A DNA stretch of 64,000 nt from an uncultured Gammaproteobacteria bacterium (GTDB lineage Bacteria > Patescibacteriota > Patescibacteriia > UBA11705 > DATKZF01), in NCBI GenBank assembly GCA_964411255.1, contig CAYPKD010000004.1:94037-158036 (forward strand), read 5' to 3'. The notes under the pieces were generated by a model. It was given only the letters and a program-made list of their open reading frames with translations. It did no database searches and was not told where the DNA came from. Positions within the stretch are counted from its first letter, which is position 1, and every line of letters starts with the position of its first letter. The position numbers were made by a program, and so were the translations under genes. Below, piece after piece: positions 18,509 through 28,467 of this stretch.

Positions 18509-19423
18509 TTATAATGAATTGCCAAAAGGAATATTATCCAGGGTTGATTGGTCAACAAAAGTTAAATTTGCCCAGCTATATCCTAATGAAAATAATTTTT
18601 CTGCAGATCGGATGTGATGTTTGGTTCCTTTTTGGATTAAAAATACGCGTGTATCAGTATAACTTCTGAGTACTTTCCCTTCATATGACTTGCTGCCTGA
18701 AGCAGGATGCGAATTTATGTCTTTAAGGCTTGTTCCATGCTGAATTTCTTCATCTTTTGAATATCCATCTTTATCTGCATCACTCCAGCCAGAATGCCTG
18801 ATGTCTTTATGCGTAAATATTGCTATCTGATTACCTCTTTGCTGATCTCCATAATTCAAATCATGGATGGCTTCCATCATTTCATCATAGCCGTAACGCC
18901 AGTCATGCCCATGAATTGTGCCTGGCTCATTAGTTATAAATTGCCTTCGGTTATCATCATAACCTTTTATTATTACAACATGATAAATTGGACCAGCACC
19001 TTGAAAATTTGGATTGTGTAACCCTCTTCCATACACTGGCACTAAAACCGGCTGATTATTATCAATTTCATTTTTTATAGCAATCAAGCTCGGGTTTTTT
19101 TTTGTATCTGCTTCAAATGGAAAGTAATTATTTATAATATGAGTCATCTGATGAGCATTGGTATCTTTATTATATCCCCAAAGTTTATTTTCAATATTAA
19201 CAATGTCTAAAATCTCACTTTTGGGATTATTAATATGTGTATTGCCTTTATAATAATTATCTAGCATAACAGTTGCAGATTCCTCGCAGGCTTCATCAAA
19301 CGGCGCATACCAGCCGTCTGGCGCCTGAACAGTAAAAGGCACGTTTATATTCTTAATATTACCTGCAAATACTGGCAAAGCCATTAAAAAAAATATTATA
19401 CTAAAAATTGTAATTTTTTTCAT
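18509..19423 (-). CDS. secreted papain-like (C39-like domain) cysteine peptidase, putative
   Basis: Signal peptide; 'QAPDGWYAPFDEACEE' (Gln/Cys) and 'HVVIIKGYDD' (His) arranged as in Peptidase_C39_2 / BtrH-like domains. Confidence 0.45.
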   Translation of the reverse strand: MKKITIFSIIFFLMALPVFAGNIKNINVPFTVQAPDGWYAPFDEACEESATVMLDNYYKGNTHINNPKSEILDIVNIENKLWGYNKDTNAHQMTHIINNYFPFEADTKKNPSLIAIKNEIDNNQPVLVPVYGRGLHNPNFQGAGPIYHVVIIKGYDDNRRQFITNEPGTIHGHDWRYGYDEMMEAIHDLNYGDQQRGNQIAIFTHKDIRHSGWSDADKDGYSKDEEIQHGTSLKDINSHPASGSKSYEGKVLRSYTDTRVFLIQKGTKHHIRSAEKLFSLGYSWANLTFVDQSTLDNIPFGNSL

Positions 19424-19435
19424 AAAAATTAGACT

Positions 19436-20059
19436 TTAAATACTTGATTCTATATTTTCCTCCACTTGTTTAATTAATACTTCAATTTCCTTATCTTTTA
19501 CAATATATTGCAAAAGCCTGGTTACTTCTTCAACTGCATTTGTATTTGCCTTTTCCAATAATTCCTGGGTGTTAGCTGCCTGCTCAGCTTGTTTTGTTAG
19601 CTCAGTCAAAGCCTGATTATAGCCATCATCACTATCAAGTACTCTTTTTAAAATACCCTGTTTATTTTTTACATCAATCGGACCTACCAATCTGGTATTA
19701 AATATTTCTGCAGGAGCCAATGAAACAACCACTTTTGTTGATTTTACTTCAATATCTTCTTCTGCAAGCTTTTGCAAATCCACGCCTAAATTCACTTCCA
19801 TATTTCCCCTGGCTTCAATGCTCTGACCAAACAGAAGATCTTTCCAAGTGCCCTCTTTATTTTCTATCAATATCGGTTCATTAAAAACATAAGTCTGCGT
19901 TACTAAAAAACCGCGCGCATGAAGAGTTGTTAAAATGACATCAGCAGTCACTTTTCGCTCTGACTTTTCTGGCTTTGCAATGGACCAGCCAAGGTACATT
20001 GCGCCTCCAATGATTGCAATAACAGCGATAATTATTAAAATTACTTTTAATTTTTTCAT
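19436..20059 (-). CDS. membrane-anchored DUF4230-like protein
   Basis: N-terminal TM helix, then a 'NEGTWKDLLFG' region typical of DUF4230; overlaps neighbours by 4 nt (operon). Confidence 0.4.
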   Translation of the reverse strand: MKKLKVILIIIAVIAIIGGAMYLGWSIAKPEKSERKVTADVILTTLHARGFLVTQTYVFNEPILIENKEGTWKDLLFGQSIEARGNMEVNLGVDLQKLAEEDIEVKSTKVVVSLAPAEIFNTRLVGPIDVKNKQGILKRVLDSDDGYNQALTELTKQAEQAANTQELLEKANTNAVEEVTRLLQYIVKDKEIEVLIKQVEENIESSI

Positions 20060-20580
20060 ACTTTATCCTTTATTTGATAAATATATATTGGAATTTGATC
20101 TTTTGCTGGTTTATCTATTAAAATAGGCTGCCAGTCAGCAATTTTAAAAGAATATGAAATAATCTTTGCACCAGGCTTCAATTCTTTTTGAAGCTTTTTA
20201 GCCACTCTCAATTTCAAACTGATCGGATATCCAAAAATGTAAACAACATCTGCATCGGTTAAATCAACTTTAAAAAAATTTCTATACAATATTTGGCAAT
20301 TTTTACAGCCTGAGAATATTTGCTTAATTTTTGCCCAAAAATAAATTGGCAGAGCCATCTCTATACCAAATGCTTTAGCTTTTGAATTCTTTCCAATAAA
20401 AAATACTACTTTACCATTTCCGCATCCCAAATCATAAAAATTTTGACCGGGTTTTAGGTTTGCCAATTTTAATATCCTGGACAAATCTTTTGTTCTGGTC
20501 GGAACAAAAGGAGCGCTAGACCAGCTGGCAATGGCAATTGTAAGCAGCAAAACAACCAAAACTAAAGCTGCATAAATCAT
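20056..20580 (-). CDS. membrane-anchored class I SAM-dependent methyltransferase
   Basis: Motif I 'YDLGCGNGKVV'; N-terminal TM helix. Confidence 0.6.
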   Translation of the reverse strand: MIYAALVLVVLLLTIAIASWSSAPFVPTRTKDLSRILKLANLKPGQNFYDLGCGNGKVVFFIGKNSKAKAFGIEMALPIYFWAKIKQIFSGCKNCQILYRNFFKVDLTDADVVYIFGYPISLKLRVAKKLQKELKPGAKIISYSFKIADWQPILIDKPAKDQIPIYIYQIKDKV

Positions 20581-23309
20581 ACTTTTGCAGGCTTTGCCTT
20601 TGGAGGTCTAATTTTACCTCTTCTTTTTGCTAATTGCCAGAAGAAAATATAAATTAATATGTGCAATAGGAATAAAAATGCATAGAACCATGTTGGTGAT
20701 ATAATTAATGATGCCAAAGCAAGTAAAACTGAACCAGCAGCTATGAATTTTTGTAAAAATCTGCCAAATCTAATCCATGCCACTTTTTTTGGAATATCAA
20801 CTGGGAATTCTGCATCCAATGGAATGTTCTTGGTTACAACCTGGTCTGGCTTATCAACTAAAATATTTTCACCATGATAAATTTTCTGATAAACAGGGTC
20901 AATATTAAGATCTGCCAATTCAACAGTTGGATATGTATATCTTGGCTTTTTAACATCAATTCTATAAATGCCTTGTCTTGGCACAAAGCTGTATTGACCT
21001 TTTCTGCTGGTTACTACTGTATCAACAATATCATTTGTTTTAACATCAATTAAATGAACAATGGCATATGGAACCGGTTTTTTACTTTGAGACTCATATA
21101 CCACTCCACCACGCCTTTTTTTGCCAAATAACAAGAAAGGCTGTGTAAACAGCAAGAAAAGCAACCAACGCAGAGCAAACAATGCATTTAGTAAATTAGC
21201 TGCTGTCGCAGCTAGCACTGTAGGTTTTAAAAAATCATTATTAAATTCCTGAACTGCTGGCATATCTAATGCTTCTCTGACAACCTGGGTTTGATAAACA
21301 ATTCGCTCACCGACTGCACCAATATATTCAGGTAGTTCTTCAATAGGTGGCATTTCTTCAGGCTGACGTAATAATTCAATTCCTGGATTGATAATCAAGC
21401 TTGAACTATATGAAACTTCTCTTTGTCGATAGCCTTCTTTGCTTATCTGAATTCTGTAATTTCCTGGCAGCACCATAAAACCAAACGTTCCGTTTATTGT
21501 AGAATATGCTGGATTTGATTGGGCATAAGCATTGCCTGGCCAAACAGTACCATCTTCATGAAGAAGTGTTATATATGCTCCTTGAACAGCAAATTGCTGA
21601 CCATCGATTTCTTCATATACATATCCCCATGGAACAACCGTAACTCCAAAATCCAATACGTCAACAGACCCATCCAAATACGTGATTACCAGACGGGCAG
21701 GATAATTCCCAGGAGTAAAATCGCTTTGAACACTGACTTTATATAATAATCCATCTGCAGTTCTGGCCATTTGGTACGTTGATGATCCAATCAACCATTG
21801 CACTGAAGAAGTGGGATTAGGTAAAACTGTAGCATCAAGCTCAACTGAATATACAAAGCTCGGCAATATTGATATATATCTGTTACTGGCAGGTATTAAC
21901 TCTATTGTATGTCCTGCAGCCCAAAATTCCACATGTTCTGCCCCTACTCTTTGGTCTTCTGGAACTGTTATTTCAGGTGCCTCAGGTATTTCTGGGCATG
22001 GTTCACACTCTTCACATTCCTCAAGTCCGCATTCTAATACTTCACAAGTACAACCCAATTCTTCACAGGTAGGAGGTGGGGGCACTGGTTCATTAAAAAT
22101 GTATCTGTAAGGGGTCATTATATTCCCTGCCAAATCTCTAGCATTTATCTCAACAACAATTGGTTGGCCATCAGTGAAATCCTGAATAGTATCAATTGTT
22201 ACACGAAAATTACTTGTATCTCCAGTATAGGTGAATACATTTGGCCCAGCTAATTGGTATGTTATACCATCAATCGATACAACTACTGTATCAATATCAA
22301 CCCCTGATTGATCATCCCGGATATTAAACGCAACATCTGCATCCAAAGGAACACCTCGCTCACCAGGACTTGGATCTGGATTTCTCACATACGGCGGCGT
22401 AAGATCGACAATTGGCTCATTAAAAGTGTATATATACGGATTCATTACATTACTTGCCAGATCCATTGCTCGAATTTCTACCCTGACTGGCGTATCAGGC
22501 AAGAAATCCTGGATCGGATCTACTGTAATTCGATAATTTAATGGATCACCTGTATATGTAAAAGTATTTGGGCCAGCTAAAGTATATTCAATGCCATCAA
22601 CAAATATTTGAACAGAATCTAAATCAACACCTGATAAATTATCCCGTAAATTAAAAGCAATATTAGAATCCAATGGTACACCTCTTTGTCCTGGAGTCGG
22701 ACTAGGATTAGTTACCCAAGGAGGAGTTGTATCGTCTACACAAGGCCCTGTAACAAAGTTGTAATTGGCACCAGCAACTCCATCTAAAATATCATTACTT
22801 AACATATCAGCAATATTACTATCAGTTGATCCGCCGACAACATAATAAAAATTAAAACTGGTACTGGTTATCCCAGGTCTACTTCTAAAAACTAATGAGC
22901 CATAAACTCCTGACCCATTATAGCCCCCCATAACATTAAAGCCAGTTAAATACACCCTTCCCTCAGCTTCATTCACCACATTGCCCGGATACATCTGATA
23001 AACTGTCCCCGGCTTTACTTGAGTACCAGGCATATTTGTAACCTGATCAATAAATTCTATTTCTGCAGGATTAAATTCAATGACTGCGTCAGCAGCGTTT
23101 GAATCCACCCCCTCTGTATCAATCATTATATTTACCGAATATTCACATTCCATTCGATACGTATCAGCCGCTGGATCAATCCAAAAATCTGCTGCATTAA
23201 CGACCTTTGATCCGGCAAAAAATCCAATTGCTGCTAACACTATTATTCCAAAAAGTAGTACTATTTTTTTCATATTTATATTATTAGTTACAAATATATT
23301 TATTTTCAA
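20577..23309 (-). CDS. large cell-surface protein with duplicated ~100-aa domains, Cys-rich linker, carboxypeptidase-regulatory-like domains and a C-terminal TM anchor
   Basis: Signal peptide; two ~100-aa internal repeats (TPPWVTNPSPTPGQRGVPLD... / TPPYVRNPDPSPGERGVPLD...); 'CEELGCTCEVLECGLEECEECEPCPE'; 'GNYRIQISKEGY' CarbopepD_reg-like; C-terminal hydrophobic helices. Confidence 0.6.
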   Translation of the reverse strand: MKINIFVTNNINMKKIVLLFGIIVLAAIGFFAGSKVVNAADFWIDPAADTYRMECEYSVNIMIDTEGVDSNAADAVIEFNPAEIEFIDQVTNMPGTQVKPGTVYQMYPGNVVNEAEGRVYLTGFNVMGGYNGSGVYGSLVFRSRPGITSTSFNFYYVVGGSTDSNIADMLSNDILDGVAGANYNFVTGPCVDDTTPPWVTNPSPTPGQRGVPLDSNIAFNLRDNLSGVDLDSVQIFVDGIEYTLAGPNTFTYTGDPLNYRITVDPIQDFLPDTPVRVEIRAMDLASNVMNPYIYTFNEPIVDLTPPYVRNPDPSPGERGVPLDADVAFNIRDDQSGVDIDTVVVSIDGITYQLAGPNVFTYTGDTSNFRVTIDTIQDFTDGQPIVVEINARDLAGNIMTPYRYIFNEPVPPPPTCEELGCTCEVLECGLEECEECEPCPEIPEAPEITVPEDQRVGAEHVEFWAAGHTIELIPASNRYISILPSFVYSVELDATVLPNPTSSVQWLIGSSTYQMARTADGLLYKVSVQSDFTPGNYPARLVITYLDGSVDVLDFGVTVVPWGYVYEEIDGQQFAVQGAYITLLHEDGTVWPGNAYAQSNPAYSTINGTFGFMVLPGNYRIQISKEGYRQREVSYSSSLIINPGIELLRQPEEMPPIEELPEYIGAVGERIVYQTQVVREALDMPAVQEFNNDFLKPTVLAATAANLLNALFALRWLLFLLFTQPFLLFGKKRRGGVVYESQSKKPVPYAIVHLIDVKTNDIVDTVVTSRKGQYSFVPRQGIYRIDVKKPRYTYPTVELADLNIDPVYQKIYHGENILVDKPDQVVTKNIPLDAEFPVDIPKKVAWIRFGRFLQKFIAAGSVLLALASLIISPTWFYAFLFLLHILIYIFFWQLAKRRGKIRPPKAKPAKV

Positions 23310-23355
23310 ATGTATATACTATTTTTTCTTTTTTTATTTTTACTTTATACGTTTA

Positions 23356-25305
23356 CTAGTCTCCCCATTCATATAAATTATAAACCAAAATACTTAAATC
23401 CAATCCGTTTACCTGCGTATCTTGATTTAAATCTGCATGTAAATCAGCTGTATATAATGCAATCACCGTTGCTGAAATATCTAATCCATTTACATAATTA
23501 TCTTTTGTCATATGCACATCACCAGCTAATACGCTAAAGGTTTCACCCAAAGTGAAATCAAGAATTTCTGCTTGTGTTGGATCCATACTTTGATCATAAA
23601 GCTTCTTTTTTAAATGAGACAATCCCTTGAACATAGTATCATAAACGCCAGGAACCAGATCGTCTATTAAAACATCAGCCTCACCTGTTGATTCTGCAGT
23701 ATCTACTGAATATAAATTCGTAATAACATCTGTTCCAGGAGTGTAAAAAGCTAAAACACCATTTGTGTCCCAATTTCCGGTTCGAGGCAAACGCTTTTCA
23801 GGCCAGGCTTTTATATGCACGGTAAACGGAGCTATCAATATTGCCCAGTCAAATGCTCCTGAAGCAAAATCTCCGTTTGTATTATAAGCAAAGGCTGAGT
23901 AGTAATAAATAACTCCAAACTCCACATTATAATCATAAGCTAATTCATCAGGCCCATTATATACAAAGTCTCCGTCAAATGGAGTAGCAGGATAGCCAGT
24001 AGTACTTCTCTTAATTAAAACACCGCCAAAATCCGGCATAATCGGATTTTGCCAGGTTAAAATAATCCTAACATTATCAACATCTGGATCAGCTGAAAAA
24101 TTTAATACATTTGGCACAAACACTTCTTCAGGAAGTGTTGTAAAGGAATGATTTATACTGGATACAGTATTGCCAAAATTATCACTGGAAGTTACAGAAA
24201 AATAATATGTTGTATCAGCTAATAGTCCGTCTAGAGGAATCGTATGAATTATAACCATTGTGCCATCCTCCCTAAATCCAATTTCATAGCTGTTTGTTAA
24301 TCCAAAATCAACTCTGGAATCTGCGTCATGGTTTGTTTCCCAAACGATGTCAGCTGAATGAGCAGTAATATTTTCAGCTCTGACATTAAAAATTATTAAT
24401 TCTTCAGCTAAGGGTAAAGTGGTAAAAGTATAGTCCCCGTCGCTGGCCAATGTACCATCTCCGGCAACTGACACTACCTGAAAATGATATAGGGTATCAG
24501 GAGTCAATCCAATCAAATCAATCGAATGAGATGTAACATATGCTCCGTCAAAGGTACTTCCAATCTCATATCCAGCAGTCAGTCCATAATCAACTCTGGA
24601 ATTTGCATTTCTGTTTGTGTCCCAGGTAACAGTGGCGCTGTAAGGAGTGATATTTATAACCTGAACATTTGAAATAATCAAAGGCGTGCTACCTCCAGGC
24701 GGTATAGTAGACTGTTGAACAGTTGCAATTACCCCTACGGTTGTGTCAGAAATTGAGAGACCAATAACTCTTTCATCGCCAAATCCACCGCTAATATATA
24801 AAAGATAAGCACCGGCTGTGTTCGGATTATTAATCATATCCACTCCACCAGACGCATTTGTACCTATTTCTATTATCACCGTATCATTTGACGCAATTTC
24901 ATTTATGCCTGCGTTTGTAGGTGGAGTTAAGGTCAATATATTTGCTGTAAAAGAAGCGCCCCAAGTATTAAATCCAGCCACGGCTGCCAATACTTCCTCT
25001 GTCTCATATCCTGTTGTCGGGCCATGAGAAAGATCTATATCGCTAAAATCAACGCCTGCATTATTAAAATTCGAATCAAAAGTAAGAGTTATGGTTGACG
25101 CAGGCAAATGAACCCCAGATGGCGTATCAAATTTGATAGTATGATTTGAATCAGCTCCCATTAAATGCGAGGAAACCGCATCTGAAACATTTATTAAATT
25201 GGCAGCATCGGTTTGATTTGGAGAAAAACAAAATATACTAAAAACATTAGCAATTGAAATAATTACCAAAAAAGCTAAACTCTTTTTTAGCGCCTTTTTA
25301 ATCAT
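23356..25305 (-). CDS. secreted surface protein with FN3-like domains and a C-terminal dockerin-like module
   Basis: Signal peptide; 'YSATVTWDTNRNANSRVDYGLT' and 'HSADIVWETNHDADSRVDFGLT' FN3/PAP-N-like pair; C-terminus 'DLNQDTQVNGLDLSILVYNLY' and 'NYVNGLDISATVIALY' dockerin-like repeats. Confidence 0.55.
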   Translation of the reverse strand: MIKKALKKSLAFLVIISIANVFSIFCFSPNQTDAANLINVSDAVSSHLMGADSNHTIKFDTPSGVHLPASTITLTFDSNFNNAGVDFSDIDLSHGPTTGYETEEVLAAVAGFNTWGASFTANILTLTPPTNAGINEIASNDTVIIEIGTNASGGVDMINNPNTAGAYLLYISGGFGDERVIGLSISDTTVGVIATVQQSTIPPGGSTPLIISNVQVINITPYSATVTWDTNRNANSRVDYGLTAGYEIGSTFDGAYVTSHSIDLIGLTPDTLYHFQVVSVAGDGTLASDGDYTFTTLPLAEELIIFNVRAENITAHSADIVWETNHDADSRVDFGLTNSYEIGFREDGTMVIIHTIPLDGLLADTTYYFSVTSSDNFGNTVSSINHSFTTLPEEVFVPNVLNFSADPDVDNVRIILTWQNPIMPDFGGVLIKRSTTGYPATPFDGDFVYNGPDELAYDYNVEFGVIYYYSAFAYNTNGDFASGAFDWAILIAPFTVHIKAWPEKRLPRTGNWDTNGVLAFYTPGTDVITNLYSVDTAESTGEADVLIDDLVPGVYDTMFKGLSHLKKKLYDQSMDPTQAEILDFTLGETFSVLAGDVHMTKDNYVNGLDISATVIALYTADLHADLNQDTQVNGLDLSILVYNLYEWGD

Positions 25306-25508
25306 GAAAATACAGTCATTTATTCGATTAAATTTGATTTTATTATACCATTTTTCATTTTTTTTTACTTGGGGATAAATGATTATTTTAATTTTAAAAA
25401 AATTTGTTTATTTTTTTTGCTTTTTCAAAGAAAAATTTGTATAATGTTTATAATTAATTCTTTAATTTATTCAAGTTATATAATCTTTTCAGATTCATTA
25501 ATTTTTAT

Positions 25509-25751
25509 ATGGATCAGCTAAAACAAAAATCAATTGAGCAATACTTTGCTGCTCATGATATTTCTGACCCTGATCAAAAAGCAAAAATTCTGCCAGAAAT
25601 CACAGAAATTATTTATGATAGAAACGTTTATGTAGTGCAGGCTGAAAAAGAGGAAAATGATTATAAAAAGCAGCAGATAACAAACGATGCTATTGAAATG
25701 GATAAAACCATTAATGAAATTATTCAGGAATTTCTGGAGGAAAATCAATAA
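25509..25751 (+). CDS. small acidic hypothetical protein
   Basis: 80 aa ORF; stop is 1 nt before the gpmI start. Confidence 0.35.
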   Translation: MDQLKQKSIEQYFAAHDISDPDQKAKILPEITEIIYDRNVYVVQAEKEENDYKKQQITNDAIEMDKTINEIIQEFLEENQ

Positions 25752-25752
25752 T

Positions 25753-27333
25753 ATGCCTTTAGCACAAAAACCAGTGGTATTAATTATTTTGGATGGTTTT
25801 GGAATAACCTCTCCAACAGAAACAAATGCAATCACCCAAAGTGCAAAGCCTTTTTTTAATAAATTAATTAATACTTATCCAACCATGCTTTTAGAAGCTT
25901 CTGGCATGAATGTTGGTCTACCATTTGGTGAAATGGGCAATTCTGAAGTTGGGCACGTCAATATTGGTTCAGGAGTTTTACATTATCAAAGTCTGCCAAG
26001 GATTGATAAATCAATTGAAGATAAATCATTTTTTGAAAATGCAAGTTTATTAAAAGCAGTTGAAAAAGTAAAAAAATACGATTCCAAGCTCCATATTATA
26101 GGTTTAATCGGAAATGGAGGCGTTCATGCGCATCAAAGGCATTTAGAAGCGATGATTGATTTTTGCAGAAAATACAAATTAAAGAAAAAAACTTTTCTGC
26201 ATGCTTTTTTAGATGGCAGAGATGCTGGTCGCGACACTGGAAAACAATTTTTAGAAGAAATAATAAAATATGGAAAAAAGAAAAAATGCGTTGAGCTAGC
26301 TTCAATCTGCGGACGACTATACGGAATGGACAGAAACAGAAGATGGGAAAGAACTGAAAAAGCCTATAATTTAATTGCTTTAGGCCAGGCAGAACAGACA
26401 ACGCAAAGCCCAATCAAAGCTATTGAAGCCTCTTATGCAAACAATGTCTTTGATGAGGAATTTGAACCAACCTTAATTGTTGATAAAAAAAATAACCCAA
26501 CCGCCACAGTAGCCAAAGAAGATGCTGTAATATTTGTTAACTTTAGAGCAGACAGGGCTGTGCAGTTAACCCAGGCATTTGTTAAGGAAAAATTTAAAAG
26601 ATTTGAAAGGCCTTATTTAGAAGGATTAACCTTTATTACGCTAACTGAATACAAAGAAGGATTACCAGTTGAAGTTGCATATCCAAGACAAACAATTAAA
26701 AATCCTTTAGCTAAAATATTCAGTGATGCAGATTTAAAACAACTTCATGCAGCAGAAACTGAAAAATATGCGCATGTAACTCATTTCTTAAACGGACAAA
26801 ACGAAGATAAATTCCCAGGTGAAGAACGAATTTTAGTTCCCTCTCCTCTGGCAGAAAGTTATGCTAAAGTGCCAGAGATGTCTGCTAATCCGTTGACTGA
26901 CGAACTTATAAAAGCAATAAATTCTGAAAAATTTGATTTCATTGTAGTAAACTATGCCAATCCAGATATGGTTGGCCATACTGGAGATTTACAAGCAACG
27001 ATAAAAGCTGTTGATGTGGTTGATCAATGTTTACAAAAGCTCATCCCTGAAATTCTGAAAAAAAATGGTATTGCTTTCATTGTCGGTGATCATGGCAATG
27101 CAGAAGAATTAATAAATTTACAAACTGGAAAATTAGACAAGGAACACAGCGTTTATCCAGTACCCTTTATAACAATAAGCAACAAACATGAAGCACAAAT
27201 AATCCAGACTCTGCAAAACAATGATTTATCAACCATGTCACCTTTAGGGATTTTATCTGATGTCGCCCCTACTATACTGGCACAGATTGGGCTTCCTGCA
27301 GATCCAGAAATGACCGGAGCCAGCCTTTTATAA
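25753..27333 (+). CDS. gpmI: 2,3-bisphosphoglycerate-independent phosphoglycerate mutase
   Basis: N-terminus 'PVVLIILDGFGI...NSEVGHVNIGSG' and C-terminal 'GDHGNAEE' metal-binding motifs of iPGM; start moved to ATG 25753 (track ORF begins 66 nt upstream). Confidence 0.9.
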   Translation: MPLAQKPVVLIILDGFGITSPTETNAITQSAKPFFNKLINTYPTMLLEASGMNVGLPFGEMGNSEVGHVNIGSGVLHYQSLPRIDKSIEDKSFFENASLLKAVEKVKKYDSKLHIIGLIGNGGVHAHQRHLEAMIDFCRKYKLKKKTFLHAFLDGRDAGRDTGKQFLEEIIKYGKKKKCVELASICGRLYGMDRNRRWERTEKAYNLIALGQAEQTTQSPIKAIEASYANNVFDEEFEPTLIVDKKNNPTATVAKEDAVIFVNFRADRAVQLTQAFVKEKFKRFERPYLEGLTFITLTEYKEGLPVEVAYPRQTIKNPLAKIFSDADLKQLHAAETEKYAHVTHFLNGQNEDKFPGEERILVPSPLAESYAKVPEMSANPLTDELIKAINSEKFDFIVVNYANPDMVGHTGDLQATIKAVDVVDQCLQKLIPEILKKNGIAFIVGDHGNAEELINLQTGKLDKEHSVYPVPFITISNKHEAQIIQTLQNNDLSTMSPLGILSDVAPTILAQIGLPADPEMTGASLL

Positions 27334-27393
27334 ATGTACTTAACAAACAAAAAAATCAGCGACTTAATGCCGCTGATTTTATTAGTCAATACT

Positions 27394-27723
27394 TTAGTCT
27401 TCAACAAATTTTGGTCTCTTGTCTACATGAAGTCCAAAATAAGCATTCCATTTGGACATGTGTCTGAATAATCGAGCTGATTTCTTCCACATTGTTTCGT
27501 GTCTTTTTCCTAAAATCAACATGTACCAGAAATGTGCGAAATTTACTAATCCGATCCAAAATCCCCATGGAATTAAAGGCCAAACCATTATAAACATCCA
27601 TAATTGCCGAAAAATGAATAGCCTGGAAATCTTTTCTCTGAATGGAATCTCAATTTTGATCTCTAATTTAGGAGATTCCGATTTTCCACCTGATGAAGGT
27701 GTTGGTTGATTTTCTCCATTCAT
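27394..27723 (-). CDS. small membrane protein, hypothetical
   Basis: 109 aa; two TM helices. Confidence 0.4.
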   Translation of the reverse strand: MNGENQPTPSSGGKSESPKLEIKIEIPFREKISRLFIFRQLWMFIMVWPLIPWGFWIGLVNFAHFWYMLILGKRHETMWKKSARLFRHMSKWNAYFGLHVDKRPKFVED

Positions 27724-27810
27724 AAATATAAAAGTTAATTATATTCTTGTAAAAATTATAGCATATTTGCAAAAATAACGCAAAAGTTATCAACAATAAC
27801 AAAAAAACAT

Positions 27811-28017
27811 ATTTGTTTAGCAATTCCTGGTAAAATTGAATCAATTGATGAAAAAAACCAAACCGCACTGGTTAATTTTGATAATTTGAAAAAAAATATC
27901 AATATCAGCTTAATTAAACCAAAAATTGATGATTTTGTTATTGTACATGCGGGTTTTGCTATTGAGATAATTGATAAAAATGAGGCAATTGAAATAAAAA
28001 GGTTATTGAAACGTTAA
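27811..28017 (+). CDS. hypC: HypC/HupF-family hydrogenase maturation chaperone, lacking an ATG start (ATT at 27811 precedes the essential Cys codon)
   Basis: Translation (I)CLAIPGKIESIDEKNQTALVNFDNL...FVIVHAGFAIEIIDKNEAIEIKRLLKR matches the HypC N-terminal 'MCLAIPxKI' signature and beta-barrel length. No in-frame ATG, GTG or TTG between the upstream stop (27736) and the Cys codon. Confidence 0.6.
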   Translation: MCLAIPGKIESIDEKNQTALVNFDNLKKNINISLIKPKIDDFVIVHAGFAIEIIDKNEAIEIKRLLKR

Positions 28018-28020
28018 ATA

Positions 28021-28050
28021 TGTGTTATGTTGCGTTAATCAATGTGTTAT
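28021..28050. repeat. left inverted repeat flanking four-helix-bundle cassette 1
   Basis: tgtgttatgttgcgttaatcaatgtgtta pairs with the reverse complement of 28427..28460 (ggggttatggttgcgttaagtgggtgtta). Confidence 0.6.
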
Positions 28051-28065
28051 ATTACGTAATTAAAT

Positions 28066-28374
28066 ATGAAAATAAAAAATATAGAAGATCTTGATGCTTG
28101 GAAGGAAGCAATACTCTTTTGTGAAATGATCTATAAGTTAGCAAACAAACTGCCAATTAAGCATCTACGTGCAAGTGCTAGAGGAGTTGCTGCCAACATT
28201 GCCGAAAGATTTGGTAGATATTTCTATAAAGAGAATCTACGTTTTTATGGTATTGCAAAAGGTTGCTTAAATGAAGTTAAGAGTGATTTAAATATCTGTC
28301 TGCGAATAGAATATATAACTCAAGAAAATTTAATGAGTATATTTTTCAAGCAGATAAGGTTGAATCAATACTAA
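28066..28374 (+). CDS. four-helix-bundle protein (23S rRNA IVS protein / Avd family)
   Basis: 'LDAWKEAILFCEMIYKLANKLP...LRASARGVAANIAERFGRYF...FYGIAKGCLNEVKSDLNIC' follows the TIGR02436/PF05635 family pattern. Confidence 0.7.
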   Translation: MKIKNIEDLDAWKEAILFCEMIYKLANKLPIKHLRASARGVAANIAERFGRYFYKENLRFYGIAKGCLNEVKSDLNICLRIEYITQENLMSIFFKQIRLNQY

Positions 28375-28426
28375 ATGGATTAATAAACAGCGTATTAAAA
28401 AGACTTAAAAATATTGCCAAATAACG

Positions 28427-28460
28427 CATACTAACACCCACTTAACGCAACCATAACCCC
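28427..28460. repeat. right inverted repeat flanking four-helix-bundle cassette 1
   Basis: Reverse complement aligns with 28021..28050 at ~23 of 29 positions with one indel. Confidence 0.6.
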
Positions 28461-28467
28461 ATGTAAC

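Noticed and set aside
25687-25752. Upstream extension of the gpmI ORF (MLLKWIKPLMKLFRNFWRKINN)
   Set aside because: Overlaps the 3' end of the preceding small gene. Homology to iPGM begins at MPLAQKP (ATG 25753), which is the conventional N-terminus.
27668-27868. 66-aa minus-strand ORF
   Set aside because: Antisense across the hypC start region and the AT-rich intergenic; hypC on the plus strand has clear family signatures.
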